Assembly (NCBI GenBank): GCA_965153285.1
Contig: OZ229113.1
Strand: one strand, 5' to 3'
DNA: 64,000 bases
From: Podarcis tiliguerta
Taxonomy: Eukaryota
The notes beneath the pieces are model-generated. The model worked only from the letters and a program-made list of their open reading frames with translations, did not search any database and had not been told where the DNA came from. Positions within the stretch are counted from its first letter, which is position 1, and every line of letters starts with the position of its first letter. Of this stretch, positions 1-13,962 are shown piece after piece. A program made the translations under genes and the position numbers.

Positions 1-21
1 TTAAGATTCCCCTCCATTAAT

Positions 22-98
22 TGTTGTTGTTATGTCGTTTAGTCGTGTCCGACTCTTCGTGACCCCATGGACCAGTGCACGCCAGGCACTCCTGTCTT
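22..98 (-). mobile_element. Heavily 5'-truncated Bov-B (RTE) LINE 3' end with target-site duplication
   Basis: The reverse complement reads ggcgtgcactggtccatggggtcacgaagagtcggacacgactaaacgac...(aac)n, the Bov-B 3' terminus. Flanked by direct repeat ccctccattaat (10-21 and 99-110). Confidence 0.8.
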
Positions 99-110
99 CC
101 CTCCATTAAT

Positions 111-1001
111 ATACCACCATAAATAATAATGCTGCCAAGGCTATAATAAAAACTAGTTTGTGGGACATTGAACGCCAGGAACTAACAGCAGCAGCAGAGA
201 AAACATGTTCCCCTCTTAACTTTCTTGGGCACAATGAAATTAACCACAATTATCTAGAATTTTTGCTTAATCCTCAAGAAAGAAGGGCATTTTCACTGGC
301 TAGGTTTAATTCAAGTGCTTCAAACCTCCTATGGGGAAGGTTCTCGGGAATGCTGGAAGGAGAAAGAATTTGCCCATGTGAAGACCATCAGGTGGAAACT
401 CTTGCACATATGGTTCTTAAATGTAAACTACAGTGGTACCTTGGGTTACATACGCTTCAGGTTACATACGCTTCAGGTTACAGACTCCGCTAACCCATAA
501 ATAGTACCTCGGGTTAAGAACTTTGCTTCAGGATGAGAACAGAAATTGTGCTCCGGCGGCGCGTTGGCAGCTGGAGGCCCCATTAGCTAAAGTGGTGCTT
601 CAGGTTAAGAACAGTTTCAGGTTAAGAACGGACCTCCGGAACGAATTAAGTACTTAACCCGAGGTACCACTGTATATGTTGATCTCCACCAGCAGTTCCT
701 AGATCAACTCTGCATCCCCAAATGGAAACCAGAATTAGAGGTCATACATTTTCTATTATTGGGGAATAATCAGGAGCTCACCAAGTTAGTGGCTAAATAC
801 CTTTATCTGTTTTTTTGTCGTCAAAAAAACATTGCAGACGTCTGCTCTCCCTGGAGACCTAGAGATGTAATGTTAGACTGCTCTGTCTCTTTCATTTGAC
901 AAATGTTTTGTGTCACTGGGAAGGTGTGAATTCTGTATTGATTTGCTATGGATATTTATATGTGATGCCAATAAAAGGTTTGATGATGATGATGATGATG
1001 G
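111..1001 (+). mobile_element. 3' end of a non-LTR retrotransposon (C-terminal CCHC-type zinc knuckle, polyA signal, (GAT)n tail), interrupted by a MITE
   Basis: Protein-like frame AAKAIIKTSLWDIERQEL...RRAFSLARFN...ERICPCEDHQVETLAHMVLKCKL continues after the MITE as YVDLHQQFLDQL. aataaa at ~970 is followed by (gat)n at 982-1000. Clade not assigned. Confidence 0.7.
431..672 (+). mobile_element. Tc1/mariner-superfamily non-autonomous MITE, family A copy 1
   Basis: TIRs cagtggtacct...aggtaccactg; TA TSD at 429-430 and 673-674; five further copies in the window. Confidence 0.9.
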
Positions 1002-2547
1002 TGATAAATAATAATGATCTACTGAAGGGGTTTTTTGGGGGGGGGGGAATCAGAGGAATAAAGAAAAATCAAGCCTTACTCCTTAACTATTCCTACACAA
1101 GCAGAAAAGACTGTTTCATCAACAAATTTTCCAGTTTTAATGCCAAATTGCCAATGTGGAAACTAATTTTGCTGGAGACAGCAATCTAACCAAGTTCTAT
1201 GTAAATGGTTGATACTTTAGTACACAGCATATATCAGAAAGACATGGCATTTACCATTTTGTATACTAAAATAATGAAGACCATTCTTTTGGACAGGAAT
1301 GCTGCTGTTGTAAATACATTTTTGCGGCAATTTAATTGTAAGTGAAGTTCAATTAACTTCAGTCTTGTAATAAGTGGCCCTTTGGGAGGGCATGTTTCTG
1401 ACATCTTTGCATGCAACATATACATTACGAGTCCCGTTCCTCTTTTTTTTTCTGCAATCTCTTTTGGATAGTATTAGGATTATATGTCATAAATGAGGTC
1501 ATCCAGACTTGTACAGATAGTTTACACCAGCTGTTAAGCATTTCTTTAAAACACCATTAACTCTTTGTTACTTCTGACAGTGCAACAGCTATCTCAAATG
1601 CAAACAGGATATTCCATACATATGGCAATTTCTGGCTATGAAGAATATTTAATTAATGAATGAAAGAAAGAAAATACCCTGCCTTTTGGTTCTGTTTTAA
1701 AAGCAAAGATTCGGGACCTGCACTCTCTACTTAAGGGGTGGGAGTAACCTCTTCAGCCCGAGGTACACATTCCCTTCTGAACAGTCTTCCAAAAACATCC
1801 CAGTGGTGCGCAAGGCAAGAGGCAAGAGTCTCACAAATTTAAAGATTAAAAGCTAAATAAAAGACTAAAAAACTAGGGAGAGTCCACAGACAATAGCTAA
1901 TATGAAGCAAGAGGCCTTTCCTCCATTTTTAAATTCTGTTCTGGGTTTTTTGGTGTGTTTTTTTTTCCATACTCCTCTATTTTGAGGGAGAAAGGTTTAT
2001 GCTGTTATAGCCTCCAAACTCAAAGCAGCTTTCTTCCAGTTTTGTAGAAGTCCTCTAACATGTTTAAATGCATGCATATTTATGACATCTGGAATCAAGT
2101 CCCACCTAGTTTCAAACTGCAGAAGCTAAGATTATTTCACGCAACAGGAATTTACTTTTGTTAAGCCCTTTCTACCTTGTCAAATCAAGTCAGTTTTGTG
2201 CATCCTTTTAATCTCTGCTCACTGGCAGCCTAGAGAAAAGCTCTATTGTGCTACAGGTGGTGTTGAAAGATAAGGAGCTAGAAAGCAGTTCCCAAATCGG
2301 CCTTTTGATAACCATGATGTTCAGCATACATCTTGCTTGACAATGCCAATGCCATAAAACCTTCAACAGATTTCTCTCTCTGTGTGTCCAATGGCTATCA
2401 GACTACAGCATTTGGGCAGGGTCCTACTAATTAGTTGTGCTAGCTGGAGCGAGTGCAACAAATCTCAGTAGCACAAGAGGGCCTCCTTCAATCCTCCCCA
2501 CTGCCCCCCGCCAAACTAGCTTGGGGAGTTAGAAGAAGCCCTAGAAT

Positions 2548-2558
2548 TGGGGGGGGGG

Positions 2559-2602
<44 letters not shown>

Positions 2603-2635
2603 AGGGGGAGGAGGAGGAGGAGGAGGAGGAGGAGA
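2548..2635 (+). repeat. Compound polypurine microsatellite G12-(GA)n-(GGA)n
   Basis: An uninterrupted purine tract of ~87 nt, directly visible. Confidence 0.95.
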
Positions 2636-5600
2636 TAGTTCTGTCTGGCTTGACAGAATGATTGCAATAATGCAAATTTAATCCCACCCTTTGTTTCTAG
2701 TACTGTATGTTTCTAGTCTTGGGTGATAGCCAGTTATGCCTGCGCAACAGTGGAACAAATTTTCACTGATGTAATAGGACTTCCCCTTCCTCTTTTCTCT
2801 CCCCCCCCACCCCCTTTCACAAAAAAGTTTGCTTTGGAGGGTTAGGGGGGCCCCTGGAGCAGGTTTACGGATCATGAGGGGCTGCAGGAGGAGGAGAGGA
2901 ATAGAAAATGCAATTACACAACATTGAATATCACCATTAGTAGTCCCACTGAAATCAATAAGACTGAAGTTAGTTGACGTAACACATTTATTTCACTGGG
3001 TTTAAGGCATGATCAAGTCTGGATAGACCAATAGATAGATACCAAAACTTGCCTGAATTAAGAGGTGAAAACTGTGACTTCCTCCTGAAATTTATCTTTG
3101 CAAGCATTATCCTCAACAAGGATGACTGAGCTTCAACTGGGAAACTGTGTCCAGTGCTGCAAAACTGCTGCGCCATCTTCTGTGCTCTTCCACTGGTCTT
3201 TTCACCCACCTTTCTCTTCTGCCCTTCATACCAAGCAGAATTATTACTTTGCTCCAGAGAGTGGGTAAAGCAACCAGATGGAGCATGTTGATTTTGCACG
3301 TGGGGAGAGACAGGTTCAAATCTAAATATGAAGCTAACTGGGTGGTCACTGGCATCTCTCTTTCAATCCAATCTCCCAGTTATGAAATACCATATGTTGC
3401 CACCCCTCATTCCATCAGACCCCCTACAAAATAGCGTTATAGTGATTAACAAAATGGAACAGCGAGAATCCTGAAAAACACTTCCCCAAATACATCAAAT
3501 TATTTAAAATCAGCCTCCAAAGTACCAGGATAGATCTTTTAATATGTAAAACATCTGTTTTATAAAAATTATTCCTGAATCTAAAAAAAAATTAGTTGTG
3601 ACTTTCCAAAAAGGATTCCCCTCCACCCACATCACCTGACCACCACTCAAGTGTCCCAGCCCATGTGTTAATTAGGACCAGGTTAGGGTCACCTCTTGGC
3701 AAACATGACAATTAATTAGTATCTCCCACATATGCTTTTAAGTCACATGCTGAGTACCAGCATTCAGTTGTCACTTGGCAGATGTTTAAGTACTTCCATT
3801 ATATATAAAACATCAAAGTGGGATGCATTTCTATCTGGAAGCCCTAAACTGAAGTAAAATAATGTAACAGAACACCCAGTTTGGCAAGCTGCAGAGATCT
3901 GAAAGATGATGGACATGAAATAAATAAATCCAAGGTGCCTTCTCATCCACTAGATTACTAGCATTGGTGCATATCTACAGGGTCAAGATGAGACACGGCC
4001 TGCTCACTGGATTACCTGATCTCTGGGAGAGAATGGGAAATTTTATTCAGGCCTATCTCTGACTAACAACATTTGTCAAAAGAAAATTCACACAAAATGC
4101 TTTGGAAACAAGCACAGGACCTTAAGTCACCACAATCTATTGAAAACATGTGTACTTAAATGTAATGTCTTGTATCCATATGTAGCTTAAGCATTTCCTT
4201 CTACACAGCAGTGACATCGCTTAATTTCATACCCGCCATGAGATCTCCTGCTTACATATGGAAATATGAATCACTATTTGTAATGGAAATAATGAGTTGT
4301 AGCAGCTGTAACCTGTCATATAAAGAATCAGAACTATAAAAATTAGTGTGGTTACACGGCATTACAATAATTTAGAGCTGGGGACAAAGAGGATTCTAAT
4401 GCTGTACAATATACTATTTATTTTTAGAGATATCAGCAGAAACTCCATTATTAAATGAAACTGGTAATCCATTTGCTTTAAGAGTTTTCCAACTTCCCAA
4501 GGAGTATGCTTGAAACCCAATTAAATCTGCAGTCAGACTGAAGATTTTAGAAAGGCCACATTGAATTTCTTATTGTGCCAATGAAGGGTAAAGGTTTTAC
4601 TGCAGTTTAGCTCCATTTACCATTTTCCTGTGTTTCCTTAGTTTCAGGGGAACAGTGCCCTATTATTAGTACCTGATTCACTGTGCATGAGCATATTGCA
4701 GTATTATGCAAACAGTGTTTTCAAATTTGCATAAAAATGCAAGCAATATTAACATTAAATGTTGACAACTAAACACATGATTCACTTGTAGGCCATGCCT
4801 AAAAATCAGGTACTTTAAATTTCACCTCCATAAACTCTATATTTTAGTATCAAATGACAGTAAGCAAGCGACTATTACTTCTTATCCTTTTACCTTGGGC
4901 ATGGTATCCAACTGCAGCCACAACACAGAATCTAGCTCTTACTCTGAACAACAGCAAATCATGCATTTGATTTAAGAGTGTGTATGGTGAAAGTCGCAAA
5001 TGTTCCATAGTCACTTGTTCTGCCTTGGACAGCAGGGGCTCCTGAAGAAGGCCCTTCATAGAAATTATTAAAATACAAATGGTAAAACAAACGAGTCCCA
5101 GCCATGAAGAAGGAACCACCATATACCTGTGGCATGTGGCTTTTCCAGCTTACCTAGAGCAGAAGCTGCTGTACTTGCGAAAATCCAAACTGAATAGCTG
5201 AGACAACCTGATAACAGGGAGCTAAACCACAGAATGACAAAATAAATATTGCAACTATCACTTTAGGAACTCTGATTTGGGTTTTGTTTTTTAAAGCCTG
5301 AAGTAGCTCCTTATATCACAACCGTTTCCATTCATTACGCCAATCATAAAATACTTGCGCTGCGTAACTACCAGCTGGGGGAAAAGGAGGATCCAGGGTA
5401 AGTGCTTCGAAAGGCAGCTGCAAGTTTGACAAGGCTATTTCTTACAAGACTGCTGCAAATCCACAGAGGGGTTTAACTCTCAGCAGAGTTACGTCTTGTA
5501 CAGGTGGCCCATATAACTTCACGAGGATTCTGTTCCTAATAGTTTTCAAAGTCCACACACCACATTTATTACTATAGTTCTGACTAAGACCCCAAACTAT

Positions 5601-6042
5601 TTTTATGGGACCCTATACAATAGTAATAGTCTAGGATTTAGTTAAGCTTTCAAATCTGAATTATATCTGAGGAAGTGTTGCCCCTCAACATGTAATTAAT
5701 TCAGGGACAAAACCAAAAGACGGGGCACCAGGATATTACTAAATGTTTTAAAAACTGGCTTCAGCATGTGCTGGTATCTTACACATTAATTTGCCTTTTT
5801 CGTTGTGCGTGAATTTCACACGTAAGCAATTGGAAGTGTAGAATAGCCAACAAGTACAAGCTGGAGCCCATTTAGAGTAAGAGCAGGGCGGGGAAATCCT
5901 TCCCCCATCCAGCACAGGACAGCACTTCCGGGGTTAAATTTGTAGTTTCCTGTTCACTAGCCCAGAAGCTGGAGAATTTTAGCACAATAGCAAAATTATT
6001 GTACTGCAAGTCAGGGAGGAGAGGGACCTCCCTCACTCTACC

Positions 6043-6173
6043 CATGGTTCCCCAACCTTTCCCCACACAGACGTGAAAATTGCTGAGGGTGTTGGTACAC
6101 CACTGAAATGATTTTCCTTGCAATGCATCACCTGAATGCAGCTCATCAACGGATGGCAGTTTCGGAACCCCTG
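6043..6173. mobile_element. Degenerate hAT-type non-autonomous element
   Basis: catggttccccaac...gtttcggaacccctg termini, flanked by ctctac on both sides. Confidence 0.5.
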
Positions 6174-8553
6174 CTCTACACTATATGTATGGGAGGGTTC
6201 GGAAAGTGAAGTCAGCTGCTGCTGCTTCTTGTTACATATCCCACAAAGCTATTTTTACCCCTATTCTAGGATACATTGTTAGGGGATTTTCACTATTTGC
6301 AGCTGAGAGTGTCCTTGAGGGCGCAGCTAACGAAGATCTGTAGAAGTGCTTTTCCTCCGGTCCTAATCAACACTCCCCCAGAACTCTTTGAGCTTCAAAA
6401 GGGTCAGAGTTTTCAAAAGTTCAAAGGGATGTGTTGTAGGGATCCTAGGCTAGGCGGTACAAATCGATGAAAGGCAGGAGGCATTTATAGCCCTCTGAAC
6501 ACAGCCTAAAGTGCTGTGAACACACCATCTTCTTATGCGTCTCACAACCCCAAACTAAGCAGTGCCCATATTATTTAAATATTTGTTTAATTTCTATACC
6601 AGCTTTCATAAACATATATTCCGGGATGGTTTGCAATGCAATATCCTCTTTACTGCAGACTGGGAGCCAAGGCTGAGAGAGAGTAGGTTGCTTAAGGTTG
6701 CCTTGGGAGTTCACGGAAGAGGGGTTTGTAGCTCACTCTCTTAATCACAACATTAGGCCAGCTGCGGATCGTAGTGTACAATGGAAGTTCTATGTTTATG
6801 TAGCTCACATTTCCATAGGCATAATGAATCTTCCCTTCTTTCAGACATGGTAGTTTGAAAGAGTCCCCTGTTCTTGAAATTTTGGTCAAACGGTCTTAGC
6901 TATATTTCAGTGCATATTTTATATTCATTCCCCATCTTATTCCAAAAAGTCAGGATGAGTTATCTGCAGGTTTCTTGAGCATCAAAATAGAAACATCTAA
7001 ATGTTAAACCAGTGTAAGGTTAAAAGGTTATGACTTTCAAAATAATGCGACCTTTGCTCTGGAATGTATTTTAAAACTTGTCACCTATTCAATAGTTACC
7101 TCCTGGATGCCAATATGTAGACAGACTTGGTGGCTTATACAATCAAAACAACTTAAATTGATCACTTCCCTTCTTGCCCTACTACCTGAATTTATTAGTA
7201 GCAGCATGTTAACTAGAAGGCTTCAAGCAAATCCTATTGATCAGTTTCACTCCACAGAACCATGTGAGATAAGATTACTCTAAAATCTGTCCTCGTAATT
7301 AAGGAAGCAAATTGACTAAAAGGTGTGTTGAGTTGGCATCCTTGTTGAAACACCATTTCCATGGTTATTTGGTTGTATCTAGACAATGTGAGTTGGAACT
7401 AGTTCCTATTGAAGCCAATGGGATTTAAGTTCAACTTAGTTTGCTTACAACCCCACTGACTCCATGTTAGGGAAGAAAAGAATTGCTGCTTTTCAAACCA
7501 GATTTCTGGATTACAACTCCCATCCACAGCCAACATGATGAAAGGTTAGGAATAATGAGAGCTGTAGTCCAATGACATCTGGGGGGGCCACAGGTTCCAC
7601 ACCCCTATTTTTTAGAAACACTTTCAACGCAATCTGAAAAAGTGAGCAATAGTTTGAAAAGTTACATGCGCTAAATAAGAGAAGTAAAGAAAGAACAACG
7701 TCCGCTCTATTCCTAACTAAGAAAGACAAACATCCCCTTATGCATGTGAAGAACGGGAACGAAATCTGCTAGCACTGATGTCAGCTTCCATGTTAAAGCC
7801 AACAGATAGCACTTTTAATGTTGACAAACCAGAAAAATAACATACTTTCATGGGTAGAAACAGCATATTGAGTCTTTGAACATTACAGGTCAGAGGGTTA
7901 CTACCTAGATGCATAAGCTAACCAGGACTAGGCACAGCAGTAGACTCAAGAGAATGCAGGCCAGAAGCAATTACACCAAAGAGCTAGCTCATATGTTACG
8001 TTAGCTGCTTGGCTTACATTAGCACATGTGCCTGATGCTTCCAGTTCCCATAATTCACACAATGTGTGGGTGATCAATGCAACCTGCAATAAGATCCACA
8101 AATCTCACTTCAAACAGTATGTTAATTGTGGGGAATTGGAAGCTCAAGACACTCGGACTTCTGCAAAAGATGCAATTAATTTAAGAACCCATTTTTAAAG
8201 TTCAGTTTATTAATTTATACGCTGCCTTTCCAGACACAAATGATTCATCATTTGTGAATCAAAAGATGCCTTTTTCATCATGGACTTAAATGACTTAAAC
8301 AGTTTGACATCTGCTGGCAAAAGGAAAGTTCATAACCACTTTGAAGTTGTTGTTTTTTATAATCAAGTGGTATATAAATTTTATGAAACAAATAAATGAA
8401 TATATTTCTGGGACTGGTCAGGCTGTCTATTTACTACATTTATATTGTGCCTTTCTTCTATGATGGAACCCAAAGCAGCACAAATGGGGTTCCCAGGTGA
8501 TCCTTCATCTCAGCACCAAACAGACCCAGACCAGTTTAGCTTGGTCAAGAATA

Positions 8554-8791
8554 CAGTCATACTGCTTCAGGTCGAGTGCTTTCGGGTTGCGCTCCGCGGC
8601 GACCCAAAAGTAACGGAATGTGTTACTTCCGGGTTTCGCCGCTCGCGCATGCACAGATTCTCAAAATGACATCATGCACATGCGCGGAAGTGGCGAATCG
8701 CGACCCGCACACGCACAGACGCAGGTTGCATTTACTTCAGGATGTGAACGGGGCTCCGGAACGGATCTTGTTCCTATCAGAGGTACCACTG
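8554..8791. mobile_element. Tc1/mariner-type MITE, sister family B (same TIR type, CpG-rich interior)
   Basis: ta|cagtcatac...gctccggaacggat...gaggtaccactg|ta; the interior differs from family A and has inverted gcgcatgc motifs. Confidence 0.75.
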
Positions 8792-10106
8792 TATTGAGTC
8801 ATCATGAGCCTTTAATACCATGCACTGTGGCCACAACGTCCACCATCAACATGCCTTTTCTTTCTTGCATGTATGTGATGGATAAGTATGCAAAGAAAAT
8901 TAGCTAGGTAAATAAATATTACCTTTTTCAGGTCCATTATTGAATCTATATAAAAAAGAATGAGACCCAGCTCCCAAAACTATACATTTGAAAGATCAAC
9001 CACTATTGACAAATAACAACAACAACAATATTTATACCCCGTCCATCTGGGACAACTTATCCCTTTCTTGATCTATATCTTGTATGATTTTACCAATGTA
9101 AAAGGCATATTTAAATGTAAAGCTGTGCCTTTCATTGCTTCTCAAATTAAAAACAATTTTTTTATACTTCCTTATTCTTTTTTTACCGCCACAAAAATAT
9201 TCTATGCTTATAGCTAACAGGAGAGCGCTGATGATGGTTGTAAATTCCTGGGTCTTCTACCAACATGAATTCATGAAAGGATCAAGCATGCCGATTTATC
9301 AGACATTACTAAGCACGTTTGAGTAGCCTGAGAACAGCTTCCTCAAAGGAAGATCAAAGGGCTGTGGCTTCTTTTCTTTTTTTATGTGTGTGAAAACTGG
9401 CTAAGTTGAAGTGAATATTCCCAGACAGAAAAAGGTTTAAGTAAAGCTGTGTCTGTCAGATTGCTTCAGAAGTTTTCAGGAGTAAACTGGGAACGATAAT
9501 GAGGACATTGTTTTCACTATGCTACTGCCCATTCTACAATTTCTTCTTAGGACAAAGCTTCAACATGCACACCCCTAGCACTTCCAAGATGAAAAAGTTT
9601 GTGGGTGGGTAGGGAGAAGGGAATGCAAAGAATAGATTTGATTCTTTTCTTGATGGGCAACTACAACCTGCAGTCAGGCACAGTGCACATTGACCGTACA
9701 AACCAATGTTTTAAAGCACTGCAGTTGCAAGACTACATAGCTTCCTCTTTTTAAAAAAGAGAAATAAATCTCTAGGAGCAGATCAATGCACCTAGAGATA
9801 AATACAGCTGGACTGGGAAGGGAAAAATCTCCCTCTACCCTCATGTGCTGTGATCTCTATGAATGAATGCCACACCTCTCTCATACGGTTCTTGTAATGG
9901 CAGGCAGTTTGTCTCCCCAGAGAAGAGTAATTTTCCCCAGGGAGAGATGCCAACTTGAATAAAATAAGGGGGGGGGGACAGGTAAGCCCCACCCTGCATA
10001 ACTGATCACATGACATGGCACGCACACACCTTTGAATGGCAATGCCCACCGTTTTTGGGGGTGGCCCCTCAAATATTTTATGGAGGGGCTGAAGGGACCT
10101 CTAGGA

Positions 10107-10229
10107 CAGCCTTTCTCAACCTTGGGTCCCCAGATGTTTTTGGCCTACAGCTCCCATCATCCCTGACCACTGGTCCTGTGAGCTAGGGATCATGGGAGTT
10201 GTAGGCCAAAAACATCTTAGGACCCACTG
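10107..10229. mobile_element. hAT-type hairpin MITE with perfect 8-bp TSD
   Basis: TSD ctctagga at 10099-10106 and 10230-10237; long internal palindrome gatgtttttggcctacagctcccatcatccct / agggatcatgggagttgtaggccaaaaacatc. Confidence 0.85.
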
Positions 10230-13027
10230 CTCTAGGAGTTGGTGAATGCCCATAGCAAATAGAACCTTTCCTTGTTGCACAGACACAGCAATGCCCACAA
10301 CCGTTATCACACTGTGCTGCATTCAGGAGGGGATAGCTCCAAGCCTGGATTGGGAGGAGGGTAGCATTGAGAGAGAGCGTATGGAAATTGGAACTGGGGA
10401 GAGCAGGCAAGGGAATAAAGGAGATAGCTGAGTATGCACAAGGTCACTGCAAATGGGTGAAAAGAAGCCTTCTGAGCATGGGCCAACCCAAACACAACCA
10501 GCTTAAGGAAACAAATATCTCCAAGTTCAGACTACACTACAGTTCATCAAACTATGCACGAAGATTACAAAGAGTCACCTGGAAGGAAAAGTTGTGTTAA
10601 TCCAATCTAGATCTAATTAGTTAAGGAGGTGATGAATTTTTTCCATCAAGCCCTGGTGCAAACTACTTAAGTCAGCAGCTAGGATAAAATCAGAAACATG
10701 CGAAGCATGTTTTGAAAGGCACTTCCCCTAAATAATCAAAAATATTGAACTACAAAGGAATCCCAAGAAATAGAGGTCTGCTAAAAAGAAAAAAAAAGGA
10801 AAATAAAATGCCAAGGTTCTAAAGAATCAATTATTTGCTTCATAGAAGCACCAGTGTTTCTTACCACTTTACACCCTCTGCTAAACCAAAACAGGCCACA
10901 AAACCAGCTGCCTGATGCATTAGTCATCCAAGTTCGGTGTAATATAAAACATCCCTTTGGAGGAGTTTCAACATGTCCACCACAGCTTTCATTCATGTCT
11001 TCAAAGCATTAATAATGCCAAAGAGAAAAGCAATGCAATGCAATGAGAGGAATCACGAAGACCAATGAAAGCCGGGATAAGTCTTGATATAAAACAGGCC
11101 TTTATCATCTCTATGTCCATTTAATGCTATCATATGTGAAGTTACCACACCCAGAGCATCCTAAAAACCAGAGTCATGTGTATTAACCATTCTTTCAAAT
11201 TAAGTCCTGAAGTACCAGAAACCACATCTACACATGGAATCATGGCAGAAGCACCAGGGAATTTCTTTTGAAAAGGATGATGAACTTTCCAATATGACAG
11301 GATGCATTTAAAGTTTAGGTACTGAAAAGGAGACTTAATTTCTTTGTGAGTCAGAACATTTTGAAGCGAGGAGTCAGTAATCAAAGTTGCATACCATAGG
11401 GAAATGGAATATATGCTTCAAAGAGTGATTGTGTTGATTCATAAATCAATTACTTATGCTGAAAGACCCATTACAGAATGGGGCATCCCCCATTCAGGGC
11501 CTTAAATCTTCCAGAATCACTAATAAAAACTTTTTTTTTAAAGTGTCCTTTTAAAAATATATACACATATATATATATAAATATGACAAAATACATAAAT
11601 ATAAATTTATCAATATGCTGAATTTTATCAAATTGATTCAACAGTGAGCAATTATAAATGCCACAGGAACTGTTATTTTGAAAAATGCAGTTATTTTGAA
11701 AAAATTTACCTGATTTCTGCCAAACAGGCACAGAAAGTTCTTATATTTGAGGAATATTTATAAAGTTAAAAGTTATAACTTCACAGAATATAATAAACAG
11801 TATACAGTTTTGAAGAAGTCAAAAACAAACTGTTGCCAGATTGACAGAATATATAAGTAAAGTTCCATAAGATTTTATCATGTGCTGCTTCACAGATACA
11901 ACTCATAAAGGGCAACTACATTTATTTTTTTAAACACACACAGAAAATGTATTCACTCGCTCTGAAATATAATATATTATGTGTGTAACTATTCATCTGG
12001 CATGTCAGACAGTTATATTAGGGACACCTCTGTATTACAAACCACCTGCCACTGTGATGGAATAACATAACAGCATGGTATTTAATTCAGGTTCCTTCTA
12101 ACCACTTTATCCAGCTGTGTGTGTATGGAGGAAAACACTTTTTCCAAATCCACGTTCCATCCATGTTTTCTGGTTAGGGTACTAAGAAATAGCTGCAATG
12201 CTCATCATCCTAGCTTTCTAAAACAGTCCATAAGTGAATATTGCTGGGAATATTCTAAGATAAGAGCAGGCTAATGTAGAACCCCAGATATGAGTGACAA
12301 AAGTTGCCTCTTTCCCCACTCACTGGTTTTAAGTTGATTCATCTCATCACGTTGCTTTAAATTTTCTTATGTCTTCTTCATCACACTCCTTCCAAAATAT
12401 ACCACCAGTTTCCACTTCACCCAGTTGTTGTTTTAAAAATGCTTTTCTTCTCACAATTCTTTTAAAAGAAGTTGCTATATACTCGGGTGAATGAGCATGT
12501 TGCTCCACTCCAATTTAACCAACCATTTCCAGGTGTAATACAATGTTCTTGTTGCCGTCACATTCAATCTCTTCCGTTTCTAGGTAGGGCCAGGGAAAAC
12601 GGCTTCTGAAACACCAGAGAGCTGCTGCTAGCTAGATGGTCTGGCTTGGTAGAAAACAGCTTCCTAGGTTAGGTTCCTGTAATGTAACACCAGCATTGCA
12701 GGTAGATCCTCAGGTACACCCCTCAGGTACACCCCGAGATATTTCTTCAGCTGCCCAGGCACATCCCACAAACAGATCTGCATGGCAACTCAACAGACAA
12801 TTCTGACTGTACTGAGAGGACATGCACATCACATGCACTGGGTATATAATTCTCTGTGCTTCAGATATCTATGGGCACTTCTAAGTTATTGATATTTTGT
12901 GGTTTGGATTCAATGCAAATGGATTTAGTGTTCTTGTACAACAAACTCATTTCAAACACACACACACTTTTATGGTTAAAAAATGATGGGAAATATGGAA
13001 TTATTTTTTTTTGAAACAATGTATAAC

Positions 13028-13165
13028 CAGGACTTTTTCCCCCAGTCAGAACTCGCAGGAACTCAGTTCCGGCACCTCTTAGCTGGGTGCCATTGCCATT
13101 CTAAGAGAACGAGGGAGGTGTTCATGGTGAATTCTGGCACCTCTTTTTCTAGAAAAACAGCACTG
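13028..13165. mobile_element. Short hAT-type non-autonomous element
   Basis: caggactttttc...gaaaaacagcactg termini with near-perfect 8-bp TSD tgtataac / tgtataaa. Confidence 0.65.
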
Positions 13166-13692
13166 TGTATAAACTCCCCACAAATCTGGCTGGATGTGCA
13201 AATAAGCAGCCAACGTTCCCTAGACTTTTGGCAATTTTTTTGCCCACAAATAAGGATGTACCCTCAATATGCAGGTTATCTGGAAGCAGTCTATATGTCA
13301 ACAGGTGTAGTACTTCAGTACTTTATTTTGTAATAACATAACAACTTCATAACAATGCAAGTAAATCGCTAGAATCTTTGATAAGATTCAAGAGCGAATT
13401 GAATTCTCATCTTCACAGTTCTGATGCAGTTTTATTTAACAGGACTGGCTGCAAAAGCCGTCACAGAAAATGTGAGAGTTCCATCTTACCATCCCATCTA
13501 CTTTTACAAGGTATCCTGGATAAAGTTCATGGTCTGTTTACTTGCCTGACTGAAAATGTGTCTTGGTTAAGAGACCTTGCCTAGAATGTACCAGACCCAA
13601 AGACAATTCCGTTATCCACAAGGCTATTATATTTTGTGTTACTTTAGGTTTTTACCATTGGTTTTTGATCTTCCTTCACCAGGTATTTGGAA

Positions 13693-13962
13693 ATGCGTTC
13701 CAGAAGTAACAGCACGGAACATTCTTCCAAGTCAAAACATTCTCAAAAAATGCCAAGTGACACTTATACAGAAGGCACCCCTGGCACCGAGAAGGTAAAA
13801 ATGAAGAGGAGAAAAACAGAAAAGGACTTTGCAGCAACGACAGACACTATCCTGAGAAGCCCTGATTCAGACAAGAAACAAAGAAACTATTCCAAAAAGG
13901 GAGAAGATCTTTCTCGCGACGATCTTCTATTTCTTCTGAGCGTGCTTGAGGGAGAATTACAA
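13693..13962 (+). CDS. FILIP1L: FILIP1L first coding exon (exon 2 in human numbering). The exon begins at 13683 with 10 nt of 5'UTR; ATG at 13693
   Basis: Translates MRSRSNSTEH...[20 protein letters not shown], matching recalled FILIP1L (MRSR...[20 protein letters not shown]) better than FILIP1 (ELSKEDLIQLLSIMEGELQ). Acceptor cttccttcaccAG at 13681-13682; donor CAA|GTCAGT at 13963 (phase 0). Confidence 0.95.

Noticed and set aside
158-500. 111-aa and 61-aa ORFs as host genes
   Set aside because: Chimeras of a LINE fragment and MITE sequence.
5391-5403. Strong donor AGG|GTAAGT as a possible 5'UTR exon end
   Set aside because: Several such matches are expected by chance in 64 kb, and there is no independent promoter or acceptor support.
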